A stretch of 64,000 nt of DNA, taken from assembly GCF_009914755.1 (NCBI RefSeq), contig NC_060944.1. One strand, given 5' to 3'. Positions 58,317-64,000 of the stretch are shown here, in pieces. How positions within the stretch are numbered: the stretch's first letter is position 1; every line of letters begins with the position of its first letter. Below the pieces are notes generated by a model, which saw only the letters and a program-made list of their open reading frames with translations, was not told the DNA's origin and made no database searches. This DNA is from the human T2T-CHM13v2.0 reference genome, Homo sapiens. The translations under genes and the position numbers were made by a program.

Positions 58317-59480
58317 TTTCCAAGTGCTGAAGCAGACCACAACTCAATCCAGTTGGGGAGAGGGTGCTTTCATCAAGTTTGGGTCAATTCTTTTTTGGGC
58401 ATTTAATAAAGCTGAGAATTCAAAAGACACCATCAACTTCCAGAAATCTATAAGAACCGGCTGCGGAACATTTCAAAGGCGTCCTCCACGTCATCAGCTT
58501 ATGCAACAGAACCTCTACTTTGCCCAGAGTTTTGGAAATTAACAACGAGGGAGTGTCCTTTCAGCTTTCCTGGGATAGTGGAACTAACAGGCTTCAGATG
58601 AAACCTATTTGTTGGTTTGCAGACAGCCTGGGACTTAAGTCCAAACTGCTCGCAACAGACAGTCCTGCCATAAAACCAAGTTGGGGTGCTCAAGGCTCAT
58701 CATAAAATGACCAGAGAATCCACTTCGGCTGCCTTGCCAGAGATCTGATTTTATGACTGTTTAAAGGGATGAGACAGATGTCATCCCCAAACCTGAGAGC
58801 AGCAGAATTTGTTGCTGAGGACCAGAACGGACTCCTTCAAATTCAGCCCTCAGTTTGTCTTTGACTTCATCTAGAGAAAGATTCTTGACACTCTGGATGG
58901 GCAAAACAGGCCCCAGCCCTGCGTCTATTCACAGGCACAACTTGACCAGATCCCTGGATCCATAAAAAATTAAAGAGGTGTCAAAAATGCAGCAGAGAAG
59001 AGCCAAATAAATGGTTTCATCATTCCCCAGGAAGAAAACCCCTCTTTTTTTTTTTTTTTTTCTGAAAGGGTGGAAACTAAAGGAAAATTGGTGCTAAAAC
59101 AAAGTTGAACTGGTTCAGAGCAAAAAGAGAGTCCAGAATGTTACTTGAAGGCAGCACACACCAAAACACACCCAAATCTCAAGTCTAGGAATGACTGGCA
59201 ACCACAGCTACTTCAGGGCAGGGGGCTTTCATTTGTTCTTTGTGGGTTTTCCCCTGGGAAAACAAAGCTTTGCCCTTGATCCAAAATGGGTTTATCAAGG
59301 GTGGGAAGGGAAGGAGCACAGAGAATAATCTAGTGTATGAAATGAGTTGAGTAACTGCCACCCAATTCATAGACTAAAGTAACCAAATTCTTTTTCAAGT
59401 TCTACATTTCTAGAGAGAAACAGACTACAGCTAGCGCTGATATTAGAAAGTTATGTAGATTTTTTAACATTATGATATTC

Positions 59481-59794
<314 letters not shown>

Positions 59795-62671
59795 TTATCT
59801 TGGGTTGTGGCTGGAATCAGGGAAAATCCATTGCAGTTTCCAGCCCCACAAGTTATGCTGCTGAAAACCATCACCTGAGTGGCGGCATCATCCTGAAATG
59901 AGTGAGGTAGCTGGCATGGTACATCCAGCATAGCACACCCACAGAGCAGGGAAGTGAGTCTTAGCCCTTCTGCCCTGTGTTCTAGTAAGAATGAAACTAC
60001 AAAGGAGGGCCTTTAAAATTGGTTGTGATGCTGACCTACCCATAAATCTTGCTTAAAGGAGCACCTCACTCTTTCACAAGGATATTCACCTGTTACCACA
60101 AGAGAATAGCCTCATTTGGAAATTAAATGTAGCATAAACAATTCAGAACAATTAAAAGTGCTGGTTCCAGCAGATGACTGGGAGCCCACGAATGACACTG
60201 GATGCTGCCTCTCACTTGGTCCTCTTTTTTAGGAGCTGTCTGCTTTTGGTAGGAAAGATGCTGCTCTGGAATGAGGGCTGCGTGGACAGCAAGTCTGGGA
60301 AGGGACTTTCTTGTGGTTTGGTGGCTTCTGACCTCCAAATGCAAGTGCACATTCCTTTGGAAACACTTGCTTTGCAGAATTTCAAAAAGATCACTGAGCG
60401 TTTCTGGGTCTGGAGTCGGCTGGAACGTAGCTCTCTTACATAAGCCAGAAATGCAGAGTCCACATCATTCGGGATGAAAGGACAGCTAAGTGGCACAGCT
60501 TGAAATCTGACATTCTTAGAAAGGGAGGGGAAACAAGAGAGGGAAACGAGAGATGCCCCAGGGACAGATACCTGCATACCGTTTAGGCACCCAGGAGAGG
60601 GACAGAGAACGGCTACCAGCTCAATTCAATGATCTTCCAACAGCAACTCTTGCAGATTCTGTGGGCTCCTCTGTAGGCAACCACAGTTTTCTGGACTTTG
60701 ACATTTTCAAGACTCAAACTATCCTTTGCTGAACCTTTGCTGAATTTACAGAGGTAGCCTGACAACATACTTGAGAATTCAGGCCAAGAGTCAGCCTCCT
60801 GGCTCTTCATCAGAGCCTAGCTCTGCCCCTGCCCCTATAGCTCACAACTGACAAGGAAGAGGAGGAGGAGGAAAATGTCACTGCGGTTAGGGGAAGAAGA
60901 GTGATCAGCAACTACTGAACCCTCACCGTGCGCGTCTGGTACTGGGCAAAGAGCTTTACAGGACGCCCCCATTTTCATTCTTACGGTAACCCAGAGAGTC
61001 GGGCACCATTATAAGTGACTTGGCCAAAGTTACAAAAGAGGGCAGTGATGAGGCCAGACTGAGAGCCAGGCAGGACAACCACAGCAACTCTTTGCCAGAC
61101 AAATCCTAGAACTGAGGCTGGGCCTTCAGACCAACCATCCAATTCCTGAGAATGGGTCCCCATTGACCAAATGACAGGTACAGGACAAATCGTCAGCACT
61201 GTGGGTAACAGCAAGTGATACGGAAGTTTCCACCCATGGGGGACCTGTGTGTACGTTTTACCACCTTTTGTAGAAAAGGGGAAAATAAGAATACATGTGT
61301 ATTTGCATATGCTCGGGATTACATTAAAAAAAAAAAAACCCTAAAGCATTCATCCTCAAGGTGGATGACGTTGCTTCCACGGGGGTAAAAATTGGTTCTC
61401 TGCGGGAGGGGTGTTGAAAAAAATCTTCCATATGACAATGCTTTGTGGCCCTGCAAAGGGCTATGGTACATGAACAGACACATTGTGTGTCTATAGCACT
61501 GACATTTCATGGCATGGAGATTAGGAAAAAAATTGTCTTAAAAGGCTCCTGGCTGGGGGTGGGGGGTTGGTAATAATGAAACAAAGGTTGAGAAATAATG
61601 TTCTAGGAGGCTAGAGAAAAACCAGTATTAGAGAGCAGACCAGAAGGGGGAAGACATCTTCTGCTGGATGTCTTTTTTATATATTTTTCCTAAACATAGG
61701 AACATATTACCTATATAAAGATACATTTTTAAATGAAGGCAAAAAAAGGACGCTGGCAAAAGCCCTCCCAACGGGGGCCTGGCCTTTTATTGGTGTCGGC
61801 TCCAGGTGGCCATGTGAGTTAAACCTGCTGCTGGCGGTTTCTGGTGGTTACTGGTGTACCAGCAAGGCCTACGCTGAGATACTCAGACCGGGCTCTCCAG
61901 GTGCCCACAGCCTCTGGGCCACTTGGCTGGGCAACTGCCTGGCTCAGTTCTCATCAGCACAGAGACTCCCTGTGTCTCACCCTCTGTCGGCACCAGGAGG
62001 CCCAGCCCTGCCGGGGTCATCGTGGCTGCCGGGCTCACGGCAGGGCTCTGCGGTGACCAGGCTCCGCGTGGGCTTTGCACGCCTCCCCACACAGGAGCCG
62101 CTTTGTCCCAGGCTTGCCGTGGGCACTGAGGGGCCCTAGTGAAAGATCCCTGAACTGCTGAACAAAGCAGGCCAGTTACAAAACACTTTTCCATCGCTGG
62201 GTTCCTTTCCCTGCTTCCTGAGCTTTGGAGGGTGGGTCTCTCTGTTCATTCCTCCCCCGCCTGTTTCTCACGCATTGGTGCACCCAGCTTCTGCGTAGAG
62301 CCTTTTCAAAGCACATCCATGGCCCCTCTGCCAGAGGCACAACTGGCAAAACCTGGGCCACTGGTCCACACTCCTCCAGGGAGCCATGGCAGGGGATACA
62401 CTCACTGGAGTTCTCAGCAGCCCCCGGCGAGGACATCATCTCCCTCATGCAGATACACATCCTGAGGTCCCCTGGAGGAAGCGGGGGGAGGGAGCCTTGG
62501 GCAGTGCTCTGGGGCTACGTCCACTCATCTATCCCATGGAAGAAGCAGGGCATGAGGGTGAGGAAGCCCATCTCCAAAGATCAGAGTAGCCCATTTTTCT
62601 CCTAGACAAATAGATTTTTAAAATTTGAACCATGTCCTACAAGAAATCAAGGCAATTAAATTCATAAACAA

Positions 62672-63023
<352 letters not shown>

Positions 63024-64000
63024 CTAACTCATCATCCTCAGCACAGCCTTTGAAGGGAGGAACTGTGACTGTCTCATTCTATAGATGGGGACATGAAGGC
63101 ACAAGGCAGCAAGTAACTTGCCTGAGGTCAGAGTCAGTGATGGAGCTGACACTCAAGACACAAAAGAGTCATGAAATCTGACTTTTGTTTGTATAAAAAG
63201 GCAACATGAATCTCTGGAGTTAGAAGGCAGGATGGTGGTCACTTTTGTAGAAGGGAAAGGGACATCTGGGGGCTTCTGGGGTGCCAACAAGACTGTCATA
63301 ATCCAGGTGGCAATTCTGTGGGTGGCCCGCTTGTGAAATATACAGAATGCACTGATTTCTGAATGTGCACATAATTAAGCACTTTACATGAAGAACAGGG
63401 CAGAAGTAGATTTAAGAATAAGCAGACTGATTTGTGCCCTCCCTGCACACATCAATATACTCTCTCTCACACACACAAGCTGCTATCCTCACAAGTCACT
63501 GCAGGGGCTGCAGCCATCACCGAGACCACATCCTTTCTTTTCTGGACGTTTCCAGAACGGGGTAAAACATCTCCTTTGAGTCCCAGGCCACACCCCTGCC
63601 CCCATGTTCTCTCATCTGTGGCTGAGTCTCTGGGCAGCTGTAGTAAGCTCTCTACTTCAAAACCTGTGGTGGGTTTGGTGGTGAGATGGCCCGATGACCT
63701 CTGCACCCCCAGTTCAGCTGTGGAGTCAGCACAGCTCCTAGAATGCACCACAGAGCGCTAGTAAAAGTCACCTCTGAGTCCACTTTCCCCAGCGCCTCTC
63801 CCGCTTGCTTGCGTCCTGAGTGGTACAAAGTGCAGCCGCCCCTCATTTTATGCAAGGGAAGCTGAGAATTACCTGTGTATCGATCACATTTGGGCAATTC
63901 CGGTTGCATTTTAAGTAACCGCGCTCATGACAGGGCCTGCGGGGCACACTCCCTGTGAAATGCACCGCCTTCCATCACGCTCCTGTCACGGGATTCGTTT

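Overview
Primate (human-like) genomic DNA containing the 3' end of NFATC2 (NFAT1) on the minus strand. It holds an 88-nt cassette exon (35124-35211) encoding the C-terminus ELIDTHLSWIQNIL*, and a ~4.5-kb terminal exon (~23541-28037) encoding the alternative C-terminus [18 protein letters not shown] plus a long, transposon-free 3' UTR with a canonical AATAAA at 23557-23562. Positions 35212-64000 are intron, and the upstream coding exon lies beyond the right edge. Positions 1-23500 are downstream intergenic DNA dense in Alu, MIR, L2, L1 and solo LTRs (LTR8, MLT1, MST). Nearly every entry in the ORF track is a spurious repeat- or GC-derived frame. I found no evidence of a new gene or multi-gene system. 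The best leads are regulatory: the two-tail splicing switch with a stop codon placed to escape NMD, TCF/LEF motifs in and beside the cassette exon, an abutting Pumilio/miR-221 site pair, a miR-137 site overlapping the poly(A) signal, and a RUNX/ETS motif cluster. Repeat family names come from recognising consensus sequences by eye, and their boundaries are approximate.
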